63,179 nt of DNA, filler included, from Octopus bimaculoides (GCF_001194135.2; 5 parts of 5 records of this genome joined end to end with filler, not necessarily neighbours in it); one strand, 5' to 3'. Numbered from the whole stretch's first letter, positions 24,466-36,880 are shown. Notes: generated by a model from the letters alone, not told the origin. Numbers and translations: made by a program.

Positions 24466-24790
24466 GCAGGCGCGTGGCTTAGAAGTTAGGGGTGTTGAAC
24501 TCATGATCGTGAGATTGCAGTTTCGATTCCTGGACCGAGCAACGCAATGTGTTCTTGAGCGACACACTTCATTTCACGTTGCTCAGTCCACTCAGTTGGC
24601 AAAAGTGAGTAATCCCGCGACGAACCGGAAAACCGACCCTTATGAATGGACATGATACTGTAATCGACTTGCACCTCCCTTCAGAATAATTGAACTTGAA
24701 CCCTGCAACGGGTTGGTGTCCCGTTTAGGGAAATATTGTGATCTCGGTCACTTATATGCCACGGAGACCGGGTAAAGTGGTAGTATGAGC
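24466..24790 (+). mobile_element. SINE family D, long copy
   Basis: gcaggcgcgtggcttagaagttagggtgttgaactcatgatcg..gtttcgattcctggacc..gtgttcttgagc.acacacttcatttcacgttgctc. Confidence 0.85.
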
Positions 24791-25374
24791 CTTAGGGTTC
24801 AAGAAGAATAAAAGAAAACAACGATCAAAGGCTCCTCAGTCGTGACCCTTCCGTGTAGGGAACGTAAAGCATTTTTATCCACGAGTCATTTTTAAGCCAG
24901 TAGAGTAAGATTCGAGGGGTATTTGGCAACTATTTCTAGCAGGTCGCGTTCCCTCTATGGCTCATTATTTTCTGTGACCGAACACCTGGCTTAAATGCTG
25001 TTACTACAAAGTGATTGTTTATCTCTCGCTCCTTCAGCTATTTCTCTTCCACCATCTTCCATATTTCGTTGTCTAGTATCCTAAATGTTGGCTCACTAAT
25101 AAACAACTCTCTCTTGCTTTATTTCTCATTCCTTCTTCTATTTCCGTCACCTTACTCATAGCCCCTGTACTTTCACTCTTTCGATTCTACTGCATAAACG
25201 TCCCGCATAGCTATTTATCTTTCTCAATTTACTACCCTTTATAATTCTTTCTCTCTCACTTTTCACCTCTCTCAGTGCACTCACTACTTTCTCTTTCCAA
25301 CGAGAAAGAGAGAGAGAGAGAGAAAACCTTAACAAGTAACTTAGCGATGTATATATATAAGATACACTTCTACT

Positions 25375-25470
25375 CGTGCGCGCGCCCGTGTGTGTGCGTG
25401 TGCGTGTGTGTGTGCGCGCGCGTGTGTGCGTGTGCGTGTGCGTGTGTGTGTGCGCGCGTGTGTGTGCGAG
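25375..25470. repeat. CG/TG alternating purine-pyrimidine tract
   Basis: gtgcgcgcg..gtgtgcgtgtgcgtgtg..gcgcgcgcgtgtg. Confidence 0.9.
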
Positions 25471-25835
25471 TGTGAACTTATATCGATCAATACCTTGTCC
25501 AGCAAACAGAACCTTGCACATGTACGATGGTCAGTCTCTCTCTCCTTATTTCATTTTTTTTTGTTTTTTTTGGCTGATTGTTTTTTCATTATTGATGAGA
25601 TTCAGTGATGCGGAACGATGAACCCCTCCTAACACACAAAACCCCTAATAGGGAATTCTTGCTTTTTTTGTTTGTCTTTTTTTTTTGTTTTCATTTATTT
25701 TTGTTTTGTAATATTGCGGGATTTTCCTTGTTCTCTCCACTGGACCGTATTTCTCAGGGCACGGGTGAAGTGGGTGGAGGAGGTGATTGGATAGAAAGTG
25801 GTGGTGGTGGTGAAACGAAGTAGTATTACTGGGAT

Positions 25836-25890
25836 GCGATGAAGGCTAGAGAGCAGAAATAGCCTATATAAAGGCCAATGACGTCACCAT
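25836..25890 (-). promoter_or_regulatory. Candidate TATA/CCAAT/CRE core promoter
   Basis: TGACGTCA at 25879-25886, CCAAT at 25875-25879, TATA-like sequence at 25863-25872; minus-strand Inr-like TTCATC with its A at 25840, 30 nt from the TATA. Confidence 0.35.
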
Positions 25891-26589
25891 ATGACAAAAA
25901 GCAAAAAAAAAAAACAAACTAATGAAGCAAAAGAGAGAGGGGGAGGGGGAGAGAGGGAGGTGAAAGAGCACGCTGAGAAACAAAAATGAAAGTCCATAGC
26001 TAATCCCGATCGTTTCCTCCTACCACCAAAAGGTGTTGTAGGAGTAGAGGAATAAAAATAGAAGCGGATGGTGGGTTTGTTAGTGTTGTAGTTAATGACG
26101 ATAATGATGACGGCTTTGATGATGACGACGATGATGATAATGATGATTACAGCGACGATGATGATAATGACGACGATGACGATGATGATGATGATTAGCT
26201 CCAAGTTAGTCCTGGATCGAGTAGATATTCGAATACATTCAAAGGTATTTTCCAGCCGTGACCATCTCGTCTTTTTAGAGGTATTTAGGACTACATAATC
26301 TAATGTGTTCTTTCCCTCTGTTTAAGAAGTTAGGTTGTGATCTGAGAAAAAAAGAAAGAGAAAGAGAGAGGAAGTGAGAGAAAGAAAGACAGGGAGAGAG
26401 AGAGAGAGAGAGAAAGAGAAAGAGAGAGAAAGAGAGAGAGAAAGAGAGAAAGAAAAAGTGTATGGAAACGAGGCAGTAGGTCTTATGACTCCTAGGGCGT
26501 GTCACCCAGTTAGTTAGGACGTTCGTCACACTGTTTGGCAGTTATCACTAGAAGCTGATAGTGTTATGAAGACAGTGAACTGGGAGATT

Positions 26590-26790
26590 CGTTAGCATGC
26601 CGGACAAAATGCTAAGCTGCATTTCCTCCGTCTTCTGCATTCTAGGTTCAAATTCCCTCGAAGTCGACTTCGACTTTCATCCTTACGCGGTCGATAAATC
26701 AAGTACCAATCGAGTACTGAGGTCGATGTAATCGACTTCCTTTTGTCCCTCAAAATTGCTGGCCTCGCGCCAAAATTAGAAAGAATTATT
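26590..26790 (+). mobile_element. SINE family A, (ATT)-type tail
   Basis: aaatgctaagc..ggttcaaattcc..gtcgac..tttcatcctt..ggtcgataaat.aagtacca..gtcgatgtaatcgac. Confidence 0.85.
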
Positions 26791-26885
26791 ACTTCTGGTT
26801 TTGAAACAGTGTTACGGATAAAAATTGCATGAGACAGGCTTCTCTCCAAAGAAGCGACGAATAGCGTAACACTTACACGCATCGA

Positions 26886-27105
26886 ATGGCGAGCTGGCAG
26901 AAACGTTAGCACACCGGGCGAAATGCTTACCGGTATTTCGTCTGTCTTTACGTTCCGAGTTCAAATTCCGCCGAGGTCGACTTTACATTTCATCCTTTCA
27001 GTGTGGATAAATTAAGTACCAGTTGCGTACTGGTGTCGATCTAATCGACTGCCCCCACCTTCCGCAAAATTTCGGGCCTTGTGCCTAGAATGGAAAAGAA
27101 TATTC
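26886..27105 (+). mobile_element. SINE family A
   Basis: ggcgagctggcagaaacgttagcac..gagttcaaattccgccgaggtcgacttt. Confidence 0.92.
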
Positions 27106-27269
27106 TTGGACAAAGGAAGCCAAACGCAGCCTACGACCTAGGACAGAAAAGAATGAAGCAACTTTTCGAATTTTAAATGACTATAACTGTAGGTCCGACA
27201 AATAAGTGATTATAAACTGAGTTTCACCAGTGAAACAGTTTCTGAACATTGTGATAATTGCTGTCCTCG

Positions 27270-27559
27270 TTAACACACACACATACACACATGTATATCC
27301 ATATATATGTATACATACACACATACATGTAAATATATATATATATGCATACACACACACCCACACACATGTATACACCTATATATGCATAAACACACGC
27401 CCACATATATATATATATATGTATACACACACATACCCACACATATACACACACACACACCAATATACATCATACACATACACACCAACGTACATCATAC
27501 ATACACACACCGACATACATCATACACACACACCAACATACACGCACACAAACTTACAT

Positions 27560-27615
<56 letters not shown>

Positions 27616-27722
27616 TAGAGAGACAGAGAGAGAGAGAGAGAGAGATAGAGAGAGAGAATGTTATACATAAGTAGGCCAGGCACACACATACGTATCTTTT
27701 TGTCATATTATACACTATATAT

Positions 27723-27757
<35 letters not shown>

Positions 27758-27760
27758 TAC
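27270..27760. repeat. Compound CA/TA/GA/TG microsatellite region
   Basis: Direct reading. Confidence 0.9.
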
Positions 27761-28208
27761 ACATTATAATGTATATGTAATGCATATATACAATCCATAG
27801 TGGATAACATATATGTATCTCTATATACAACATACATATAACATAATAGACGTGTGGTTACAATATATATAATGTATAACAATGTATGTGTGTGTTTGTG
27901 TGCGTTTGTGTGTGTGTGTGTTTGCGCGTGTGTGTGAAGTTGAGACGGTGAAAGCAAGTAAGATAGTAAATGGCTAGATAAAGCATCAAGTATTCTAGCA
28001 TTGAGATAATTAAGATAAGCAGTATAGACAAGTTGTATACACCTCGCTTTGAAGTGATGATAAATTGATATGTTGATATCACAGTAGAGTCACCTCTAAA
28101 GAGATCTTAAAGAGATATTTGTATCATTATAACATAATAGACGGTAAATGGACTTAGTAACACACGCGCACGCACAAAAGAGACATACTACTTGTGTGTG
28201 CAAATGTG

Positions 28209-28257
<49 letters not shown>

Positions 28258-28528
28258 ATGTGTGCATGTGTATATGTATAGAGAGANNNNNNNNNNNNNN
28301 NNNNNNNNNNNNNNNNNNNNNNNNNNNNNNNNNNNNNNNNNNNNNNNNNNNNNNNNNNNNNNNNNNNNNNNNNNNNNNNNNNNNNNNNNNNNNNNNNNNN
28401 NNNNNNNNNNNNNNNNNNNNNNNNNNNNNNNNNNNNNNNNNNNNNNNNNNNNNNNNNNNNNNNNNNNNNNNNNNNNNNNNNNNNNNNNNNNNNNNNNNNN
28501 NNNNNNNNNNNNNNNNNNNNNNNGAGAG

Positions 28529-28559
<31 letters not shown>

Positions 28560-28564
28560 GACAG

Positions 28565-28577
28565 AGAGAGACAGACG

Positions 28578-28621
<44 letters not shown>

Positions 28622-28668
28622 TAGATAGATATAGATAGATATAGATAGATATAGATAGATATAGATAG

Positions 28669-28718
<50 letters not shown>

Positions 28719-28720
28719 CG
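28565..28720. repeat. (GATA)n/(GATATA)n array
   Basis: Direct reading. Confidence 0.95.
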
Positions 28721-28764
28721 CTAAGATACATATAACAGACCCGTACAGAGAGGGAGAGAGATGA

Positions 28765-28922
28765 AGCTCTGAGAAAATATAGCGATTTCGTTCCAGTTAC
28801 GAGGCCAAACATCCCTGAAAGTTTCATCCGAATCCATCCAGCGGTTCTTGAGATATCTTGCCCACGGACAAACAAACGAACACGACTGAAAACAATACCT
28901 CCGCTGATGCAGAGGTAATAAT
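28765..28922 (-). mobile_element. DINE-1/HINE-like (Helentron-associated) non-autonomous element fragment
   Basis: Terminal hairpin acctccgc-tgat-gcagaggt (28897-28916) next to gaaaacaatacc, a short gtttgtttgtcc repeat and a core caagatatctcaagaaccgctggatggatt..gatgaaacttt. Architecture recalled from DINE-1-like elements. Confidence 0.5.
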
Positions 28923-28924
28923 GA

Positions 28925-29140
28925 TGGACGTAAACACACCAACACCGGTTGTCAAGTGATGGTGAGGAATACACACACAATATATATATATATATATACG
29001 ATGGGCTTTTTCCGCCTACCAAATTCATTCACAAAGCTTTGGTCGACCCAATGCTTTAGAAGACACTTGCCCAAGGTGCCACACATAGTGGGACTAAACC
29101 CGTAACCCTGTGGCGGGAAGCAAGCTTCTTACCACAACCA
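28925..29140 (-). mobile_element. SINE family B with internal (TA)n
   Basis: Head at 29140 (gtggtaagaagcttgcttcc..gtcccact.tgtgtggcaccttgggcaagtgtcttct), then (TA)n, then body ..cacttgacaaccggtgttggtgtgtttacgtcc. Confidence 0.85.
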
Positions 29141-30801
29141 CGTTCTACAGAAAATTGAAATATTTTGTATATTGTAGAGACATAAGCAATTTACCGCAAA
29201 TAAATTTTAACAACAAAACCTTACATGGACCCCGGACCGGTTCAAGAGATCAATAATGAAACCGAGAATTATTATAATCATGTCCCAGGATGCCGTGGGT
29301 AGGCAGACGGGCAATAGCATAATGTAGAAGGGATGTGTTGGAGTTTAAGGGAGGAGGGAGCAATAAGTAGTTGCCATGGTGGATGGTGTTGGGGATGAGA
29401 AACGATTATGATTACTATTTTGGTAAATATATGAGTGATTAGCAAGCAGAAAACAATGTTACCACACACCCTTATCCCAAGATTACGTGTCTGTGCGTGC
29501 ATGTGTCCAAATATCTATCTATCTATCTATCTATCTATCTGTCTGTCTGTCCGTCTTTATCTCTCTCTATCAATCTATCTATATCTATCGCTCTATCCAT
29601 CTATCTGAGTACCCAGACATATATGTGTATATTCATATATATATATATATATANNNNNNNNNNNNNNNNNNNNNNNNNNNNNNNNNNNNNNNNNNNNNNN
29701 NNNNNNNNNNNNNNNNNNNNNNNNNNNNNNNNNNNNNNNNNNNNNNNNNNNNNNNNNNNNNNNNNNNNNNNNNNNNNNNNNNNNNNNNNNNNNNNNNNNN
29801 NNNNNNNNNNNNNNNNNNNNNNNNNNNNNNNNNNNNNNNNNNNNNNNNNNNNNNNNNNNNNNNNNNNNNNNNNNNNNNNNNNNNNNNNNNNNNNNNNNNN
29901 NNNNNNNNNNNNNNNNNNNNNNNNNNNNNNNNNNNNNNNNNNNNNNNNNNNNNNNNNNNNNNNNNNNNNNNNNNNNNNNNNNNNNNNNNNNNNNNNNNNN
30001 NNNNNNNNNNNNNNNNNNNNNNNNNNNNNNNNNNNNNNNNNNNNNNNNNNNNNNNNNNNNNNNNNNNNNNNNNNNNNNNNNNNNNNNNNNNNNNNNNNNN
30101 NNNNNNNNNNNNNNNNNNNNNNNNNNNNNNNNNNNNNNNNNNNNNNNNNNNNNNNNNNNNNNNNNNNNNNNNNNNNNNNNNNNNNNNNNNNNNNNNNNNN
30201 NNNNNNNNNNNNNNNNNNNNNNNNNNNNNNNNNNNNNNNNNNNNNNNNNNNNNNNNNNNNNNNNNNNNNNNNNNNNNNNNNNNNNNNNNNNNNNNNNNNN
30301 NNNNNNNNNNNNNNNNNNNNNNNNNNNNNNNNNNNNNNNNNNNNNNNNNNNNNNNNNNNNNNNNNNNNNNNNNNNNNNNNNNNNNNNNNNNNNNNNNNNN
30401 NNNNNNNNNNNNNNNNNNNNNNNNNNNNNNNNNNNNNNNNNNNNNNNNNNNNNNNNNNNNNNNNNNNNNNNNNNNNNNNNNNNNNNNNNNNNNNNNNNNN
30501 NNNNNNNNNNNNNGAAAAATCCTTTTGTTTCTCTCTCTCTCCCGTTATTCGTCTCACAGATTTATTTATTTATTTATTTATTTATTGATTTATTTATTTC
30601 ATTTTCATTCCTTGATTTCTTGTCCCCTATAAATACAAACGTTAGCTATCGAATCGAGTCAAAAACGTATTATTGGAGCCAGTTGACATGTGTTTCGTCA
30701 CTCTCTGGCTGGTTCTATGTATGTATGTATGTATGCATGCATTATGGATATATGTATGCATGAATGTATGTGCGCGAGTGTACGTGTATGTTATATATGT
30801 G

Positions 30802-30834
<33 letters not shown>

Positions 30835-30909
30835 ATGCTTAAAGCTTATGGCGATCACTGTGCAATGACTAAGGAAAATAGACTAATAAAGGGACATATA
30901 AGGGCTGGT

Positions 30910-31112
30910 ATCCCGGTTTCAGTGGCGTAGAAATTCCTCACCTGGATGGGACGCCGGTCCGTCGCAGGATTCCTCATATTTTTGCCAGCTGAGGAGACTG
31001 GAGCAACGTGTAATGAAGTATTTTGCTCAAGAACACAACGCATCGCCCGGTCCAGAAATTGAAACCGTAATCTTACGATCATGAGTCCAACGTCCTAACC
31101 ACTAAGCCACGC
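30910..31112 (-). mobile_element. SINE family D
   Basis: Reverse complement: cgcgtggcttagtggttaggacgttggactcatgatcg..ggtttcaatttctggaccgggcgatgcgttgtgttcttgagcaaaatacttc. Confidence 0.9.
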
Positions 31113-31868
31113 GTTTCTTTACAAGGATGAATAAAGGTATATTAATTGTCATACAACGCAAATTCTTAATTTACTGAAATTGTTTTCACTTCCAGAGACG
31201 GAAAACAAGACAGATGCCTTGAAGCAATTACGACCGACTTGGAGAGCAGAGAAGATAATTTCAAGAACAAAAAATATTCTTCGAAATTGACCTNNNNNNN
31301 NNNNNNNNNNNNNNNNNNNNNNNNNNNNNNNNNNNNNNNNNNNNNNNNNNNNNNNNNNNNNNNNNNNNNNNNNNNNNNNNNNNNNNNNNNNNNNNNNNNN
31401 NNNNNNNNNNNNNNNNNNNNNNNNNNNNNNNNNNNNNNNNNNNNNNNNNNNNNNNNNNNNNNNNNNNNNNNNNNNNNNNNNNNNNNNNNNNNNNNNNNNN
31501 NNNNNNNNNNNNNNNNNNNNNNNNNNNNNNNNNNNNNNNNNNNNNNNNNNNNNNNNNNNNNNNNNNNNNNNNNNNNNNNNNNNNNNNNNNNNNNNNNNNN
31601 NNNNNNNNNNNNNNNNNNNNNNNNNNNNNNNNNNNNNNNNNNNNNNNNNNNNNNNNNNNNNNNNNNNNNNNNNNNNNNNNNNNNNNNNNNNNNNNNNNNN
31701 NNNNNNNNNNNNNNNNNNNNNNNNNNNNNNNNNNNNNNNNNNNNNNNNNNNNNNNNNNNNNNNNNNNNNNNNNNNNNNNNNNNNNNNNNNNNNNNNNNNN
31801 NNNNNNNNNNNNNNNNNNNNNNNNNNNNNNNNNNNNNNNNNNNNNNNNNNNNNNNNNNNNNNNNNNNN

Positions 31869-32483
31869 TGGTGGTGGTGGTGGTGGTGGTGGTGATGCAG
31901 ATGCTTATGAGGATTTGAAGATCATCGTGATGGGGAAGCGGTGGAGGGGGCGGAGGGCAATGATGATAATGATGTTGATGATGGTGGTGGTGGTGGGGGG
32001 GGATGATGGTGGCGATACAAATGCAGACAATGATGATGATGATGATGCAAAAGACGACGACGACAGCAATGATGATGATAATGAAGAGGACAGCAATGGT
32101 GATAAAGGGGAGGGAAATGATGAAGATGAAGATGATCATCATCTGTATGAAAATTATGGCAATGATGATGATGACGGCTATTTTGTCAAAGCTGCTGATA
32201 ATGATTATGATGATGATGATGAAGTTCGTGATGATGGCCTTAACAAAAGAAGCAACGACACAAGAAGATAAAGATGATTAGGAAATGGTCGTGATGCTAT
32301 TGTTGTCGTGGATGAATGAAGATGGTTGTGAAGGTGGTCATGATGATGCTGACGATGATGATGAGGATGATGATGATTTTTTTGATGATGTTGGTGATGA
32401 TAACGAGGACGACGATAATACGGATGGTGAATGAAGACGTCGATGAATGCCGGTGGTGATGCTGCTGAATACGATGCTGGATA

Positions 32484-32515
<32 letters not shown>

Positions 32516-32760
32516 GCGAAAGTGATGATGATAGTGATGATGAATATGATACAGATGATGGTGAATATGATAGAGATGATGATGATGATGATAACAGAGA
32601 TGATGAAGATGATGATGATGATGTATATGATGATATATATAAATATATATGTATATATATATATATAATGACGATGTGTACGATGATGACGAGGCGGAAG
32701 AGGAGGGGAGAAGATGAGGATGTACATATGCTGGCGATGGATATTGATAATAGTCCGAGA
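31869..32760. repeat. Degenerate (GAT/GAC/GGT) triplet region
   Basis: Direct reading; yields the poly-Asp and poly-Met ORFs. Confidence 0.88.
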
Positions 32761-33284
32761 AGGAATGTTATTTTAAATAAGGAATAAGAGTGGTCGAAGA
32801 GTATTCTTGAAAAAGAGAAGAGGAGGTGGTGTCGATGAGAGAGAGAGAAAGAGAGAAAGAGAAAGAGAGAGATGTGGTTGTGATGGCGGCGGCGGCGACA
32901 ATGGCAAGCTTAGACAAAGAGGAACGGGGAAGAGATAAATGGTAAAAAGCGCCAGGCTAGAGCTAAGGCTTCGGCAAACAGTTTCAGACAAAAGAATCAT
33001 ATTGGTAATTGTCACAAGGTTGTGTTCTGATGACGCTGACGCAGACACGAACACCGCCACCACCACCGCCGCCCACGATCACGATCGCGGTGGCGACGAG
33101 GATGATTAACAGGAGGAGGATAAAGATGATGACGATGACGATGACAAAAGGGATGATGCACCAAAAAATATTCGAAAAACTAATATAATGTTGTATTGTA
33201 GCCATTCACACAGACACAAGAACATTTACACAGAAGCATGTTTTTTTATATTTTTTATAAAAGATACATTTGAAATATACGTAA

Positions 33285-33315
<31 letters not shown>

Positions 33316-33419
33316 GAGAAAGAAAGGGAAGTCGCATACAGACGCATGCGCGCAGATACATACATCGAATGAAGTCATTTTATTTTGACAGCGATAAATA
33401 AATAAAGCGATTAAACTGA

Positions 33420-33534
33420 AATAATAATAATAATAATAGTAATAATAATAATATTAGTAATAATAATAATAGTAATAATGATAATAATAATAATAATATT
33501 GATGATAATAATAATGATAATAATAATGATGATT

Positions 33535-33586
<52 letters not shown>

Positions 33587-33590
33587 TAAT
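33420..33590. repeat. (AAT)n array
   Basis: Direct reading. Confidence 0.95.
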
Positions 33591-34004
33591 TTTTTTTGCC
33601 GCAGAGGCAGAGATGAGGTGGGGCACACCACAAGGACAGTCTGAAATTTGTGCGGGGGTTTACATAAAGGATGAGAGGAAAGAAAGGGATGATGATGATG
33701 ATGGTGGTGGTGGAGGTGGTAATGATGATGATGATGATGACGGTGGTGAGGATTTCTTTTAATGGCCACAAAGGCCCAAGACATTGAGGGTAACATCAAA
33801 AGAAGAAACACACCATATAAAAAGTGTGGGGTTTACATCGATGAAAAAGGGGGGCGGAGGAAACAACAATGTTACGGATATAATAAGGAGTATAAAAATA
33901 AAATTCAGAAAAATATATAAATAAGCAAATAAATTCCCCAACAGCAGGGATTTCACCTAGGGTGAATAATTGAATAATAATAATGATGATGTAGATAATA
34001 ATAA

Positions 34005-34155
34005 TAATGGTTTCAAGTTTTAGCACAAGGCCAGCAATTTTGGGGGAGGGGGTTACATCGATTACATCGACCCCAAAGTTCAACTGGTCCTTATTCTAAA
34101 GAATCCAAAAGGATGAATAGCGAAGACGATCCTTGGGGCATTTGAACCCAGAACA
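34005..34155 (-). mobile_element. SINE family A 3' part with (ATT)n tail
   Basis: aataatggtttcaagtttt.gcacaaggccagcaattttgggggagggg..cgattacatcgacccc. Confidence 0.8.
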
Positions 34156-34167
34156 TAAAAGACACAT

Positions 34168-34244
<77 letters not shown>

Positions 34245-34245
<1 letters not shown>

Positions 34246-34335
34246 GGCAGGCGTCTTTCAGCTTTCATCAACCAAATCCACTCACAAGGCTATGGTCGGC
34301 CCGAGCCTAAAGAAAACACTTGCGCAAGGTGTCGC
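34245..34335 (-). mobile_element. SINE family B head fragment
   Basis: tttcagctttcatcaaccaaatccactcacaaggct.tggtcggcccgag..aacacttgcgcaaggtg. Confidence 0.8.
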
Positions 34336-34417
34336 TAAAGACTTGACGGACAGCCGGATACATCCTACACGCTNNNNNNNNNNNNNNNNNNNNNNNNNNN
34401 NNNNNNNNNNNNNNNNN

Positions 34418-34429
34418 TTAATTAATTAA
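34418..34429. other. Assembly linker TTAATTAATTAA
   Basis: 44N-12-44N construct. Confidence 0.93.
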
Positions 34430-34494
34430 NNNNNNNNNNNNNNNNNNNNNNNNNNNNNNNNNNNNNNNNNNNNTATATAAGTGGGGGCGTTGTG

Positions 34495-34690
34495 TTCGTC
34501 TCTCACCACCGCTTGACACCACCGATGTTTTTTGTTTATGTCCATATCACTTAGCAGTTCGGCAAAACAGGCCGACATATTTTAAAAAGAAAATAACAAC
34601 TTCGATCGATCTGTCCGACTAAGACCCTTTTAGGTGGTGCCCCAGCATAGCCGCAGTCAAATAACTGAAACAAGTAAAAGATAAGAGAAA
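34495..34690 (+). mobile_element. SINE family B 3' body
   Basis: caccaccgcttgaca..cgatg..cttagcagttcggcaaaa..ggtgccccagcatagccgcagtcaaataactgaaacaagtaaaagataag. Confidence 0.7.
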
Positions 34691-35287
34691 AAGATAAAAG
34701 ACAATCTAAGAGGGTGTTGAGATGAAAACAAAACAAAACGCCTCTTTAACGAAACCAAAGTATTAGCGTCAGTGAAACTAGAAATGATAAATAATATAGA
34801 GATAATGACGGTACGGAAGAATGACTCCATAAAAGCAGTGTTCATCTGCGCATAACTGTGCACATTGTATGGATACATGTATGTGTAACGGTTGGCAAGA
34901 AATAATCTGATAGGAAACAGTCTGAATTCATGCATAATTATCAGATAAAACACAAAAATACCGCTAAAACAACAACTGAAACAATTTGAAAACCAGATAT
35001 CCTATATCTCGATCGACTTGATTAATTTAGTGTGTTCGCTCTCAGAGTAGGCGGGAAGTGACCAATAATCTCGTCGGCCTTTGGGTTTGAAGCTTACAGG
35101 CTTACGTAATTTTGTTTTTTTCAATTTTTAATTTTACTTATGTTTCTGGGAATCGAGTAGAGATGAATGGGTCATCGCTATCGTCTACTCAAGAATCTAC
35201 ATAAGTGGAGAGAACTGGCTGTTTTGAGATAACAGCCAAGTACTATATGTGAGTGTGTATCAAGGGTTGTATTCGTGTGTAGTCATA

Positions 35288-35580
35288 ATGGTCTCAAATT
35301 TTGGCTCAAGGCCAACAATTTTAGGGGTTGGATTGAGTCGATTACATCGACTTCAGTGTTCAACTGATATTTATTTTATTGACCCCGCCATCAAATCGGT
35401 GGATTTGAACACCGAAGGTAAAAGACATGCGAAACATTTTGCCCGAAGCGCTACCGATTCTACCAGCTCGCCGCCTTATGTCAAGTTATAATGATTTCAA
35501 ATTTTCGATACAAGGCCGGAAATTTCGGGGGAGGGGTAAAATTGATTATATCGACCCTAGTGATCAACTGGAAATTATTT
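35288..35580 (-). mobile_element. Two adjacent SINE family A pieces (35288-35475 and 35490-35580)
   Basis: Each begins with the ataatgg/atttcaaatttt tail and gtcgatta/attgatta.atcgac; the first extends to the head ccagctcgccgcctt. Confidence 0.75.
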
Positions 35581-36677
35581 TAANNNNNNNNNNNNNNNNN
35601 NNNNNNNNNNNNNNNNNNNNNNNNNNNNNNNNNNNNNNNNNNNNNNNNNNNNNNNNNNNNNNNNNNNNNNNNNNNNNNNNNNNTCACACACATATACGTA
35701 GAGAGAGAGGTTGATAGACAAGCACACGCACACATGCACATTCACTCACACACATTCAAACACGCTCATACACACATGGCTGAGTAAAGTGTACTTAAGC
35801 TGAATGTTGATTTATTTAGGTGTTGCATGTGGTTGTCATCATTTCATTTGCTAATTCGTTACTTGTAATGTTTCCATTGTACAGATTCGCTGCTACAATC
35901 TGTTTGTCATTTGTTTGCAGTTCATGTTTGCATTTTTTAAACTCAGTTTTATATTATCCCTTTTATTAGTGAAGTCGGTCGTTGCACTCACTTCGTTTTT
36001 CGATTTAATAATTATCTGTTATTTAAATAAAATTTTCAGTGACCAGTTCAATATTTTTTCCTGCGTCTGCATGTCAGTTGCGTCCGATAGTCGATCGTCG
36101 TTTTGTTTTTCTAAAAATCTTTATTAGCTCATCTTTTTTCATTGGTCGGTTCAATTGAGCTCCTTGTCAATTAAATCATCGCATCTTGTTTTACTAAAGT
36201 AGTTTGTTTAACGGTCGTAAACTGCTTTAGTAAAACAGGTTATGCTGCCATAATCGACGGGTAGTTAAAGGATAACTAAGAAGACTTGCAAGAACAAGAA
36301 TGATAAATATGTAAACATTTTAAACAAATTAGGAGATAATTTAACAAGTAACGATGTGACAACAAATATGAAATAGGATACATAAACAATTTCACTTAAA
36401 CAAGATAAAAATACGAAATCGACAAGTTAATTTAGAGCAATCCGATCTAAATAAAACCAGAATAAGCCCACTCGAATGTATATTAAAACCAGCTCAAAAT
36501 ATTATTAGTAAAATAGTTCGCCTGACGATCTTCGTGATATGAAAATGTAGTCGCTAAAGAAACACTAGTTTAAATAATATCTCTACCCACTAATTGGTCA
36601 CTGTTTTCCTCTTTCGTTGGTAACACACATGCTCACACATACACACATACAGTGTGAAGAAGTGTTGTTTAATTGTT

Positions 36678-36880
36678 AGAGTGTAGGGCTCATGATCAGG
36701 AGTTCGCAGTTTTTATTCCAAAACCGGGGACGCGGGCGTTGGGTTCTTGAGGAAATCGCTTAGCTCTGTTGCTCCAGTTCATACTGACGAAAATGAGTAT
36801 CAGTGGCAGTAAGAGGTTAAATCTGCAATTTGCAATCGGTTTAGTTGGGTGGTGAGTGTTATATAACCCAAAGAACCGGA
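36678..36880 (+). mobile_element. SINE family D (degenerate)
   Basis: ctcatgatcag..cgcgggcgttgggttcttgag..gttgctccagttca. Confidence 0.55.
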
